From Bacteroidales bacterium (GTDB lineage Bacteria > Bacteroidota > Bacteroidia > Bacteroidales > UBA3824), in contig JAFPYR010000021.1 of assembly GCA_017412115.1 (NCBI GenBank), forward strand, positions 68,644-132,643: a stretch of DNA of 64,000 nucleotides, written 5' to 3'. The notes under the pieces are model-generated. The model saw nothing but the letters and a program-made list of their open reading frames with translations, made no database searches and was not told the DNA's origin. Positions 17,160-26,307 of this stretch are shown here, in pieces. Both the position numbers and the translations under genes were made by a program. Each line of letters begins with the position of its first letter. Within the stretch, counting starts at the first letter, position 1.

Positions 17160-19625
17160 ATGAAAAAGATACTTTCTTTATTGACACTATTATTAATATG
17201 TCTTAATTCTTTTGCGGATAATTCACCGAATGATAAGGCCGCAATTTTAGGAAAAATTTTAGACGGCAAGACGGGACAACCCGTTGAATATGCAACAGTT
17301 GCCGTTTATGATCAACAGACAAGCGGATTGATTTCCGGAACTATTACCTCTAATGACGGAAGTTTCAAAATCGATGGACTCAAAAGCGGAACTTATTATA
17401 TTAAAGCGAGTTTTATCGGTTATGACGAAAAAATTGTCCGTGATATTGTATTGGAAGGCAAAAACAAAGATTTAGGTGTTATAAAACTTTCAACCTCTGA
17501 CGCCGAAATCGAAGAAGTTGAAATTGTTGCTCAAAAAAAGGACATCAGTTATCAGATTGACAAAAAAGTCATTAATCTTTCCACCGATATTAATGCCGAC
17601 AACGGAAGTGCCGCCGATGCTTTGGAAGGTGTTCCGAGTGTAGATGTGGATATTGACGGAAATGTTTCACTTCGTGGTAGCAGTAATTTTACTGTTTTGA
17701 TTGACGGCAAACCTACCGCTTTGGACGCAGCCGAGGTCTTAAAACAAACTCCTGCCGCTATGATTGATAATATCGAAATTATTACTAACCCTTCAGCAAA
17801 ATATGACCCCGAAGGTACTACGGGTATTATTAATCTTGTCACCAAAAAAAATATGATTCAAGGTATTAATGGTGTTGTTAATGCTAATGTAGGAAGTCAG
17901 GGACGTTACGGCGGAGATTTTCTTTTTAACCGTAGAAGAGATAAGATTAATTATTTTGTCGGAGGACATTATAATCAAAGAGGTTTTGATTTTAATTCTA
18001 TTTCAGACCGTATCACACATGAAACGGATTATGATAAATATGTTTATCAGAAGGCCAATCACGAGCGCAGATTCGGCGGTGGCGGTCTTAAAACGGGTTT
18101 GGATTATTACCTTAACGATAATAATCTTTTTAACTTTTCTATCGAAGGCGGACTTTTTTCAAGCAGTGTTGATGGTAATAACACTTATAAAAATTATGTT
18201 AAGACCCAAGATGTTGAGTCAGATCATGAAGATGTGAAATCTACGACTACTGAAGACGAAAATTCATATTATTATAACACGAGTTTGTCGTATACGCATA
18301 ATTTTGCGGGCAAAGGTCATAAATTGAATTTCAACGGTTTTTATTCTTATAACGACCGTGATGCGGATAATCTTTTTGTTCAAAAGTCTGAATTAGAAAA
18401 CGATATATTTAAAAAATCAGGTCATCAAATCGGTAATCAGAAAACAACCAACAGGGGACGTATTAATCTTGATTATACTAAACCTTTTGCTAACGGTAAT
18501 AAATTTGAGGCAGGTTTTCAGGAGGATTTGAACCATGCCGTAACCGATTATGACTTTGACGATTATGTGTCATCTTCCGATAGTTATGTTTATAATCCTG
18601 AGTTTACGAATGATGTAGTTTTTAAGCGTTATATTTCATCTGTGTATTCAACTTTTTCGGCAACTTTCGGAAATTTTGGTATGCAACTCGGATTAAGGGG
18701 TGAGTATACTTACAGGGAGATGAATACCAAAAACGGATTAATTGATACAACGTTTTTAATCGACCGTTTTGATTGGTTTCCTTCGATTCATCTTTCTCAA
18801 AACATAGGACAAAATTCTCTTCAAGCGGGTTATTCAAGACGTATACGCCGTCCTTGGGAGCAGGCGTTGAATCCTTTTCCCGCATATTCTGACGAATATT
18901 CAAGAAGAATAGGTAATCCCGATTTGAAACCTCAATACACTGATGTTTTTGAACTTAATTATCAGATGAATTTTGATAAGTTTTTTGTTGCCTTGGAGAC
19001 TTTTTACCGTCATACGGACGGAGCAACGGAAAATGTCAGCACTTTGGCTACCGACGGTTCAGGTATTTTGATTTCAAGATTTGAGAATCTTTCTACCAAT
19101 AATAATTTCGGGCTTGAACTCTCAGGTGATTATGAGATTAATAAATGGATTAAATTCAGTGCGAATTTTGAAGTCAGACAATATTATATAAGAGGTAATT
19201 ATAACGGTCAGATGCGTTATCAGGACGGAAAATCATGGCGCACGAAAGAAACATTATCTCTTTCACCGGGCAAGACTACAAAGATTCAGATTAATATGCG
19301 TTACCGTGGTAGCGACAAAACGCTTGTATCTTCCAATCAAGGCAATCTTGATTTAGGACTTGCAATCAGACAGAGTTTCTTTAAGAAAAGACTTTCTATG
19401 TCATTCAGTATGAGGGATATGCTTAATACGGGAACAAGTAAACAAACGACCGACACGCCGGAATATTGGCTTTATACTGAAAGACACCGTGCTGCTCCGA
19501 TGTGGAATTTAGGTATTTCCTTTAAGATTAATAGTTATAAGGAGAAACGTCCGAACGGTTATGAAGGCGGTGAAGGCGGCGAAGAAGGCGATATGGAAGG
19601 CGGCTTTGACGGCGGTGATTATTAA
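17160..19625 (+). CDS. TonB-dependent-receptor-like outer-membrane beta-barrel protein with N-terminal carboxypeptidase-regulatory-like domain
   Basis: Signal peptide; CarbopepD_reg-like GKILDGKTGQPVEYATVAVYD; plug-like region (LEGVPSVDVDIDGNVSLRGSSNFTVLIDGKP); long beta-barrel; Gly/Glu-rich tail. Confidence 0.8.
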   Translation: MKKILSLLTLLLICLNSFADNSPNDKAAILGKILDGKTGQPVEYATVAVYDQQTSGLISGTITSNDGSFKIDGLKSGTYYIKASFIGYDEKIVRDIVLEGKNKDLGVIKLSTSDAEIEEVEIVAQKKDISYQIDKKVINLSTDINADNGSAADALEGVPSVDVDIDGNVSLRGSSNFTVLIDGKPTALDAAEVLKQTPAAMIDNIEIITNPSAKYDPEGTTGIINLVTKKNMIQGINGVVNANVGSQGRYGGDFLFNRRRDKINYFVGGHYNQRGFDFNSISDRITHETDYDKYVYQKANHERRFGGGGLKTGLDYYLNDNNLFNFSIEGGLFSSSVDGNNTYKNYVKTQDVESDHEDVKSTTTEDENSYYYNTSLSYTHNFAGKGHKLNFNGFYSYNDRDADNLFVQKSELENDIFKKSGHQIGNQKTTNRGRINLDYTKPFANGNKFEAGFQEDLNHAVTDYDFDDYVSSSDSYVYNPEFTNDVVFKRYISSVYSTFSATFGNFGMQLGLRGEYTYREMNTKNGLIDTTFLIDRFDWFPSIHLSQNIGQNSLQAGYSRRIRRPWEQALNPFPAYSDEYSRRIGNPDLKPQYTDVFELNYQMNFDKFFVALETFYRHTDGATENVSTLATDGSGILISRFENLSTNNNFGLELSGDYEINKWIKFSANFEVRQYYIRGNYNGQMRYQDGKSWRTKETLSLSPGKTTKIQINMRYRGSDKTLVSSNQGNLDLGLAIRQSFFKKRLSMSFSMRDMLNTGTSKQTTDTPEYWLYTERHRAAPMWNLGISFKINSYKEKRPNGYEGGEGGEEGDMEGGFDGGDY

Positions 19626-19659
19626 TGTTTATTTAAATAACATTTTAAGGAAAAAATTT

Positions 19660-19667
19660 TATCTTTG
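19660..19667 (+). promoter_or_regulatory. -7 box TATCTTTG
   Basis: 32 nt upstream of ATG 19699. Confidence 0.45.
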
Positions 19668-19698
19668 CATCGAATATTAAAAAGTTACTTAACCGGGT

Positions 19699-20259
19699 AT
19701 GCAGAACGAAGTTATAAGATTGGCCGAAGCTTTAAAGAACGGCAAAGTGATATTGTATCCTACCGATACCGTATGGGGATTGGGCTGTGATGCAACAGAC
19801 GAAAAAGCGGTGGAAAAAGTTTTTGAGATAAAACACCGTCCAACTTCAAAAAGCCTTATCGTCTTGGTAAGTAACTTCTTGATGTTGCAACAATATGTAG
19901 AATCAGTGCCTTTCAAAGCCGTTGAATTGATGGATGAGGCTACCGGACCGCTTACGGTGATATATCCGCGGGCTAAAAATCTTGCTAAAAATCTTTTAGC
20001 GGAAGACGGTTCGGTCGGTATCAGAATTCCTGACGATGAGTTTTGTAAGGCGTTGATTTCTGCATTAGGACGTCCTATCGTGTCTACATCGGCTAATTTG
20101 AGCGGTGAAAAACCTTCAAGTATTTTTCAAGATATTTCTCAGCAGATTATAGATTCCTCTGATGAGGTATGCGGTTTAAGACATGATGATCAAACAATAG
20201 CTGCGCCTTCGCAGATTGTGAAAGTAAATCAGGACGGCAGCGTTATTAAAATAAGATAA
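19699..20259 (+). CDS. tsaC: L-threonylcarbamoyladenylate synthase (YrdC/TsaC type)
   Basis: LYPTDTVWGLGCDA...SLIVLV...VSTSANLSG, YrdC-domain signatures. 186 aa. Confidence 0.85.
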   Translation: MQNEVIRLAEALKNGKVILYPTDTVWGLGCDATDEKAVEKVFEIKHRPTSKSLIVLVSNFLMLQQYVESVPFKAVELMDEATGPLTVIYPRAKNLAKNLLAEDGSVGIRIPDDEFCKALISALGRPIVSTSANLSGEKPSSIFQDISQQIIDSSDEVCGLRHDDQTIAAPSQIVKVNQDGSVIKIR

Positions 20260-20271
20260 TTTTTTTCTCTG

Positions 20272-21361
20272 ATGTACAATAAAGACGAATATAAGGCTCT
20301 AATAAAACGAGTAGCGGAGCTGAGGAGGCATCTTTGACATTGATGTTAAAAGAGCTTTAGTAGCAAAAAAACAGTTAAAAACGGAGGAAGACGGTTTTTG
20401 GGACGATGCCAAAGAGGCGGAAAAGTATCTGAAATCAATATCCGACGAGAAAAAATGGATTACGGATTTTGACGAAGTAGAAGCCTCAGCAAAGGATTTG
20501 CAAGTTTTGGCGGAGTTTTCAGAGTTAGGGGAGGAGGTAGGTCAGGATTATGACCAGCAGTATTCTTTGACCCTGTCTTTGGTAGAAAATCTTGAGTTTA
20601 AGAATATGCTCCGTAACGAGGAGGATGCTTTTGACGCTATTTTGAAAATTAACGCCGGAGCCGGCGGCACGGAGTCAAACGATTGGGCGTCAATGCTTAT
20701 GCGTATGTATATGCGTTGGGCAGAGGACAACGGGTATAAAGTTTCGGTTACAAACCTTTTGGAGGGCGAGGATGCCGGAATCAAAACCGTTTCGTTGCAG
20801 ATTTCGGGCGAATATGCTTTCGGCTGGTTGAAAGGCGAAAATGGAGTTCACCGTTTGGTTAGAATTTCACCTTTTAATGCTCAGGGCAAACGTCAGACTA
20901 CATTTGCGTCTGTTTTTGTTGTGCCGCTTATCAACGACGATATTGAAATTACGATAAATCCATCCGAACTTGAGTGGGATACATTCCGCTCCTCGGGTGC
21001 CGGCGGACAAAATGTTAATAAGGTGGAAACCGGAGTCAGGGTAAAACACATTCCCTCTGGAATCGTAGTTGAAAACACCGAGAGCCGCACTCAAGGTCAG
21101 AACCGTGAAAATGCGTTGAGGATATTAAAATCGCATCTTTACGAAATCGAATTGAATAAAAAACGTGAAAAGCAAGCTGAAATCGAAGGTAAAAAGAAGA
21201 AAATAGAGTGGGGAAGTCAGATTCGCAGTTATGTGATGCACCCTTACAAAATGGTTAAGGATCTTAGAACTAATATTGAAACTTCTGATGTTCAGGCTGT
21301 TATGGACGGTGCACTAAATCCTTTCCTAAAAGGATATTTGATGCAGTTCGGTTCTGAGTAA
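20272..21361 (+). CDS. prfB: peptide chain release factor 2, requires programmed +1 frameshift at 20332-20338
   Basis: Frame 0 encodes MYNKDEYKALIKRVAELRRHL then TGA. Slipping +1 on CTT TGA C joins the 20336 frame, which carries SPF (ISPFNA) and GGQ (SSGAGGQNVNKVETGV). Confidence 0.9.
20323..20338 (+). promoter_or_regulatory. RF2 autoregulatory +1 frameshift site (SD-like AGGAGG + CTT TGA C)
   Basis: AGGAGGCATCTTTGAC read directly from the sequence. The reading frames were verified by codon counting. Confidence 0.9.
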
Positions 21362-21553
21362 CTTGCGGCATGGTATTTGTAATTTTATTGTAATAGAATA
21401 TTATTTTAACTAATTTTAACATAAATGTATGCAACCTTTGTATATTTTCTTCGTATAAGAAAGTACAAGCAATAAACAAAGGATTAACATAAAAATTAAA
21501 GGAGGATATGCCTATAAGGAAAGAGCTACGCTTAAATTTTAAACAGTACAAAC

Positions 21554-22144
21554 ATGGACTACACAAATCTTAAAGACCAAGAACTCGTTGACTTGTTTAT
21601 TTCAAGTAACGACAACGACTGCATCATAGAATTGATTAGACGTTACAAGAGCAAGGTATATACGTATATTTTGTTGAACGTTAAAGAATGCGAATTAGCG
21701 GAAGATATTTTTCAGGAGACCTTTATAAAAGTTATAAAGTCTCTAAGAAAAGGCAGATATATGGAGAAAGGCATTTTCTTATCATGGGTAGTAAGAATTT
21801 CGCACAACTTGATAATCGACCATTATCGCCGTGACAGACATTTGAAGATTACATCTACGGACCAAAATGATGCAGACCTCTTCAACAGCAAGAAATATGC
21901 TGATAGAAATATAGAGGACTTAATGGTTCAGAATCGTATAGAGTTTGAAGTAAGGCAGCTCATTAACGAACTTCCAAAAGACCAGAAAGAAGTGATATTG
22001 TTGCGTCATTATGGAGAAATGAGTTTCAAAGAGATTGCAGACCAGACTGGTGTTAGCATCAATACTGCCCTCGGTCGTATGCGTTACGCTTTGATTAACC
22101 TTAGGAAAATGATTGAAGACAGAAATCTCCAATTGTACGCTTAA
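21554..22144 (+). CDS. RNA polymerase sigma-70 family (ECF-type) sigma factor
   Basis: Region 2 (DIFQETFIKV...WVVRISHNLIIDHYRR) and region 4 HTH (SFKEIADQTGVSINTALGRMRYAL). Confidence 0.85.
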   Translation: MDYTNLKDQELVDLFISSNDNDCIIELIRRYKSKVYTYILLNVKECELAEDIFQETFIKVIKSLRKGRYMEKGIFLSWVVRISHNLIIDHYRRDRHLKITSTDQNDADLFNSKKYADRNIEDLMVQNRIEFEVRQLINELPKDQKEVILLRHYGEMSFKEIADQTGVSINTALGRMRYALINLRKMIEDRNLQLYA

Positions 22145-22202
22145 ACGAGGAAACAGTTATCATTATTCTTTCAAAAAAAAGATTTTAAAAAAAAGAATAA
22201 GA

Positions 22203-22238
22203 AAAGCCGGGTACTTGAAGGTGTCCGGCTTTCTCTTT
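22203..22238. terminator. terminator hairpin between convergent genes
   Basis: GCCGGGTAC-TTGAAG-GTGTCCGGC (9 bp including G-U pairs), followed by TTTCTCTTT. Confidence 0.5.
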
Positions 22239-22274
22239 ATATTATTATCTTAAAAGACAGATATCGAAAAAGTA

Positions 22275-22880
22275 TTATTTCTCTTTCAAATCCGTGTATG
22301 AAATCAATCTGTAACCGTCAGGTTTACGAACTATAACGACGCGCATCTTTTTGTATACTTCGGGAGTAATTTTGGAATCTTGCTCTTTCCATAAGATTTC
22401 TTCCGAATTATAATCGCCTTTCCAAGCCTTGTCGCAAGTATAAACATTCACCTTTAATAATAAAGTGTCGTTTTTCTCTTTGATTATCTCGTCTACTTTT
22501 GAGAATACCAATTCGTTTTTCTCAAAAGACATGATTTGATATTTATCTTCCTTTTTCTTGTAATCAACATCAACAGTGTTTTGAGGCTCTTTTATCGCAG
22601 ACGAAAAATATTGCACCGTTATTTTGTCTACTTCTTTTGCATCAACGGTAAAGAAATTGCCTTTTTCCGCTTTTGAAAACTTTTCGGGATTGCTCAAATA
22701 GAGTTTTTTTACCGAAAAATCTATTTTCGTAACATCATCCGCCTCCGGACCTTCGAAGGTTGCTGTGTAAACTTGTGATAAGTCTGTTAAAAAATTGTTT
22801 ATCCTTCCTATCTCTTCAAGGGTATTTTTACACCCCGAAAGTAAGAATAACGAAATAATTGAAAATATAACTTTTCTCAT
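22275..22880 (-). CDS. lipoprotein, function unknown
   Basis: Lipobox LLSGC. 201 aa. Confidence 0.55.
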   Translation of the reverse strand: MRKVIFSIISLFLLSGCKNTLEEIGRINNFLTDLSQVYTATFEGPEADDVTKIDFSVKKLYLSNPEKFSKAEKGNFFTVDAKEVDKITVQYFSSAIKEPQNTVDVDYKKKEDKYQIMSFEKNELVFSKVDEIIKEKNDTLLLKVNVYTCDKAWKGDYNSEEILWKEQDSKITPEVYKKMRVVIVRKPDGYRLISYTDLKEK

Positions 22881-23083
22881 TTTGCTGATATTATTTGTAT
22901 TAATGCCGCAAATATAGGAATTTTATATTAAAATACGAAAACAAATTGTTAAAAACATAAAGGAAATATTATACTTTTTATTTGACGGAAAAGTTAATTT
23001 TCGTCCTTTGTAGTTGCCTTAGTGTAGCATTTAATTAACAAAATCTTAAATAAAAAAGTGTTCTGCATAACAGATAAAGTTCG

Positions 23084-23091
23084 TATCTTTG
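23084..23091 (+). promoter_or_regulatory. -7 box TATCTTTG with ~140-nt leader
   Basis: TAnnTTTG match. The leader contains an AGCTCC...GGAGCT hairpin. Confidence 0.35.
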
Positions 23092-23236
23092 CACCGTAAT
23101 CAGAAAGGAAAAAGGTTACGAAAATTGATAGATATAAAAAACAAAAAAAGATGCAGCTCCCCAACACACATAAGGAGCTTTGGTGAGAAAACAATAAAGT
23201 AAACAGAGTTATTAATTTTAAAAAAAAGGAAAGATC

Positions 23237-23722
23237 ATGAAAAAGTTGAACAAAAAAATGGTTGTAGTTGCAATGGCTTTTGCAGCAACATTGTTGAATC
23301 CGGCAAACAGTTTTTCTAATGTTAGAATCGACACTCTTAAAACTGCTGATTCTGAAGAAACTGCAATCAGCCCCGATTTTGAAGAAGAATTGGAAGAAGA
23401 GGCTTTAGCTGTTGAAAAATGGATGTTTGAGCCCGTTTATGTAAACGCTGAAGAAAATCTTGAGGTTGAGGCTTGGATGAGCGAGAATTTATTTGAAAAT
23501 GCTGAAGAAAAGCTCGAAGTTGAGGCTTGGATGAGTGAAAACGCATTTGAGGATGCTGAAGAAAAACTCGAAGTTGAGGCTTGGATGAGCGAAAACGCAT
23601 TTGAAGATGCTGAAGAAAAACTCGTAGTAGAGGATTGGATGAGCGAAAAAATCTTCGAAGATGCTGAAGAAACGCTTGAAATCGAATCTTGGATGAGCGA
23701 TCCCGATTATTTCAAAAAATAA
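23237..23722 (+). CDS. secreted acidic protein with six (E/D/S)WM motifs (18-aa tandem repeats)
   Basis: Signal peptide, then AEEKLEVEAWMSENAFED-type units. Confidence 0.6.
   Translation: MKKLNKKMVVVAMAFAATLLNPANSFSNVRIDTLKTADSEETAISPDFEEELEEEALAVEKWMFEPVYVNAEENLEVEAWMSENLFENAEEKLEVEAWMSENAFEDAEEKLEVEAWMSENAFEDAEEKLVVEDWMSEKIFEDAEETLEIESWMSDPDYFKK
23447..23716 (+). repeat. in-frame 54-bp tandem repeat x5 inside the CDS
   Basis: aa 71-160 split into five 18-aa units: AEENLEVEAWMSENLFEN, AEEKLEVEAWMSENAFED (x2), AEEKLVVEDWMSEKIFED, AEETLEIESWMSDPDYFK. Confidence 0.9.
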
Positions 23723-23840
23723 TCAAAAACGCTAATTTCAGAAAAAAAAGAATTTATACCTATCAAGAAACAAACGATATTATTCTTTCAATGTGAAAGA
23801 ACATCCGGTTTCCAATAGTCCCTCTTTGGGAAACGGATGG

Positions 23841-23868
23841 CTGCGGTAGTGAAACGCAGTTTTTTTTA
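23841..23868 (+). terminator. rho-independent terminator
   Basis: CTGCG-GTAGTGAAA-CGCAG followed by T8. Confidence 0.7.
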
Positions 23869-24164
23869 TACTTTTCAAAAAAAAATAATTTTTCCCCCAT
23901 TTTTTAATAAATATTCAAAAAAAATACGCCCCGTTGATTACAAGGCGCATTTCTTATAAATAATCACAGCTCTTTTGTCTTTTTTTCTTTTTAGGAGAAC
24001 TTTAACCTCTTAAAATAATTATAAACACATCATCAAAAAAAACTTTTCATACAAAAAATAATAAAATTTATTAGGTAGCTTGTTTTGCGTATATATTGAA
24101 GTCTTAAGTTAATTCACTTATATAACACTTATTCAGAGCTTTACCCTATGTAAAAAAATGTTAA

Positions 24165-25265
24165 TTATTTCTTTTTCTTTTTTATTATTTCTGTTTCTAT
24201 GAAATAAGTCAGATAACGTGCCATTTCAGAGGCTTTTTTTGCCGAGGGGTGCCAATCTGCACCGTAGTCAGCGGGGTCTTCTGAAAGTTCTTGAAAATCA
24301 AAACGGAAAATTTTATTATCTTGCAAAACCTGCATTGCAGTTTTGGAATTAGCAATCGTATTCATCAAATCCTGACTTTGCTGATAATGCAGCATGGGAG
24401 AATTTACGAGGATAATTTTTGCAGAGGGATAATGTTTTCTGATAGTTTTAAGAAAAGCGATGTATCCGACTGCAAATTTTTCTAATTCGTAATTGTTTTC
24501 GCTCAAATCGTTGGTACCTAATCCTAAAACTACAATATCGGGTTTGAATTTTGAAAATTCCCATTTCGTGGTAGTATCGTTGATAAGAGTGTTTTCATAA
24601 ACTCTTGGCATCGGATATTCAGAACCGCTTTTTTTGTCTCCGTAATTTTTGTAAATGCCTATGCCAGAGCGTGCTACAACCATCGAAATAGCGTTTAGGT
24701 TTTTAATGGTAACACCGGCGAAGGATTTAGCGAAGTTTGAGGTCGAGTCGCTGAAAGAATCATCTCTGCCTGAGGCTTCATTACCGTAGCCGCAGGTTAT
24801 GGAATTGCCGATAAACTCTATTTTAATACGTTTTTTTGTATCGTATTTGAGGAGTTTTGCCTCTTGATTGAGTTCAAAACCGTAAAATTCGGGGTAGCAG
24901 AAAAGTCCTTCTGAAACAAGCATAATGCTTACTGTATGAACTCCTTGCGGCAAATTTTCAGCGATTTGAAACTTAAAAATTCCATCTGAGGATTCTGTTG
25001 TGTAGGTGGAAAACTTTTTGAAATCTTTTCCGTCTACCGAATAAACATAATAACCGGCATTGCTTTTGACTTTTACAGCAGCTGAGGTGCCGGAGAATGT
25101 TAATGAAAATTTTGTTCCCGGATAGCAATACGACAAACAATTATCTTTGTTGATAACCCTTCCTTCTACGAAAACGTAAGGATTGTCGTGTTTTACCGCA
25201 ACTTGTGCGGATAAATTCATTACTGAAGAAAGCATCAGTGTAAGAATAAAAAAATATTTCTTCAT
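24165..25265 (-). CDS. SGNH/GDSL hydrolase (CE2-like carbohydrate esterase) with N-terminal beta-sandwich domain
   Basis: Signal peptide; block I FIGNSITCGYG; LGTNDL; ADWHPS (Asp/His region). Confidence 0.8.
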   Translation of the reverse strand: MKKYFFILTLMLSSVMNLSAQVAVKHDNPYVFVEGRVINKDNCLSYCYPGTKFSLTFSGTSAAVKVKSNAGYYVYSVDGKDFKKFSTYTTESSDGIFKFQIAENLPQGVHTVSIMLVSEGLFCYPEFYGFELNQEAKLLKYDTKKRIKIEFIGNSITCGYGNEASGRDDSFSDSTSNFAKSFAGVTIKNLNAISMVVARSGIGIYKNYGDKKSGSEYPMPRVYENTLINDTTTKWEFSKFKPDIVVLGLGTNDLSENNYELEKFAVGYIAFLKTIRKHYPSAKIILVNSPMLHYQQSQDLMNTIANSKTAMQVLQDNKIFRFDFQELSEDPADYGADWHPSAKKASEMARYLTYFIETEIIKKKKK

Positions 25266-25383
25266 TTTTTATTTTATTTGCATTTGTTTTTTTTATATGG
25301 CAAATTTAATTCATTTTCATAAAACAAAAAAATCCGTGAATTCTATTTCACGGATTTTTACTATTATATGCAAATAAAATAAA

Positions 25384-26193
25384 TTATTTTAGCAAAAATA
25401 ACTGTCTTGCAGCTCCGAAATATTCAATTGTACGGGTATAAACTTTTTCGCTTTTGCCTTCAGGAGAGGTTATAGAAACAACGTCTTTTGTCCAGTTGCC
25501 TGTGGTATCTACCGTATAATTGTGATTTTCAACTGTTTTGCCGTTTTTAGCGGTAACGGTAACTACGCGGGCTGAGATAAAACCGTTTTTGTCGTAAGTT
25601 AAAGTTTCTTCGGTTTTTTCATCTTCGTTTTCAGTAACGCAAGAGTTTTTTCTGCCTTGTGCATCGTAAGAATAAGTGATAAGCCCGGTGTTGTTGCGCT
25701 CCGTTGCTATTTTACCGTCAGAGGTATAAGTAAATTTCTTCAAAACGTTGCCGTAAGCGTCATTGGTGCGTATTAAACGGGAGTTTTCATCGTAATAAAA
25801 CGAAACTTTAGAGTTGCTTGCCGTGCAAACAGTCATGTTATTGTTTTCGTCGTAAGTGTAGTTTTCGCGGTAATAACCTGATTCACTGTTTTGAGTATAT
25901 TCTACAAGGTTGCCTTTGCTGTTGTACTCGTAAATATACTTACCGTTTTTGTCAGAGGCCATTGAAAGTCTGTTTCTTGAGTCGTAAATATAACGTTGTT
26001 CATTATCGGTACGGTAGCCGTGGTCGTCAAACGTATAAGTTACGCTTCCTGAATTGTTGATACTTTCTGTTACTGATTTTACAGCACCTTTGAGTCCCAT
26101 TTTTTCGGTGTCGGGACGGTGATCTGTTTGTGCCGTTACATTCAAGGTTGCGGTAACGGCTGCAATTAATGCTACGGTTTTAAATGATGTCAT
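25384..26193 (-). CDS. YD/RHS-repeat-containing secreted protein
   Basis: Signal peptide plus about 9 YD-type repeats (YTFDDHGY, YIYDSRNRL, YEYNSKGNL, YTYDENNNM, YYDENSRL, YSYDAQGRK, LTYDKNGFI). Confidence 0.6.
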   Translation of the reverse strand: MTSFKTVALIAAVTATLNVTAQTDHRPDTEKMGLKGAVKSVTESINNSGSVTYTFDDHGYRTDNEQRYIYDSRNRLSMASDKNGKYIYEYNSKGNLVEYTQNSESGYYRENYTYDENNNMTVCTASNSKVSFYYDENSRLIRTNDAYGNVLKKFTYTSDGKIATERNNTGLITYSYDAQGRKNSCVTENEDEKTEETLTYDKNGFISARVVTVTAKNGKTVENHNYTVDTTGNWTKDVVSITSPEGKSEKVYTRTIEYFGAARQLFLLK

Positions 26194-26307
26194 GTTTGTA
26201 TGGTTTTAAATTGTTAATAATAATCTTGTTTACCAAATGTTCCTTTTTTATAACGATAGAAAAAAACAAAAATTGCATAAAAAAACTTCAGTTTTAAAAA
26301 AAAAAAA

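Noticed and set aside
22994-23194. 66-aa minus-strand ORF in the intergenic region upstream of the WM-repeat gene
   Set aside because: It overlaps the predicted promoter and leader of the plus-strand gene. There are no start-context or homology cues.
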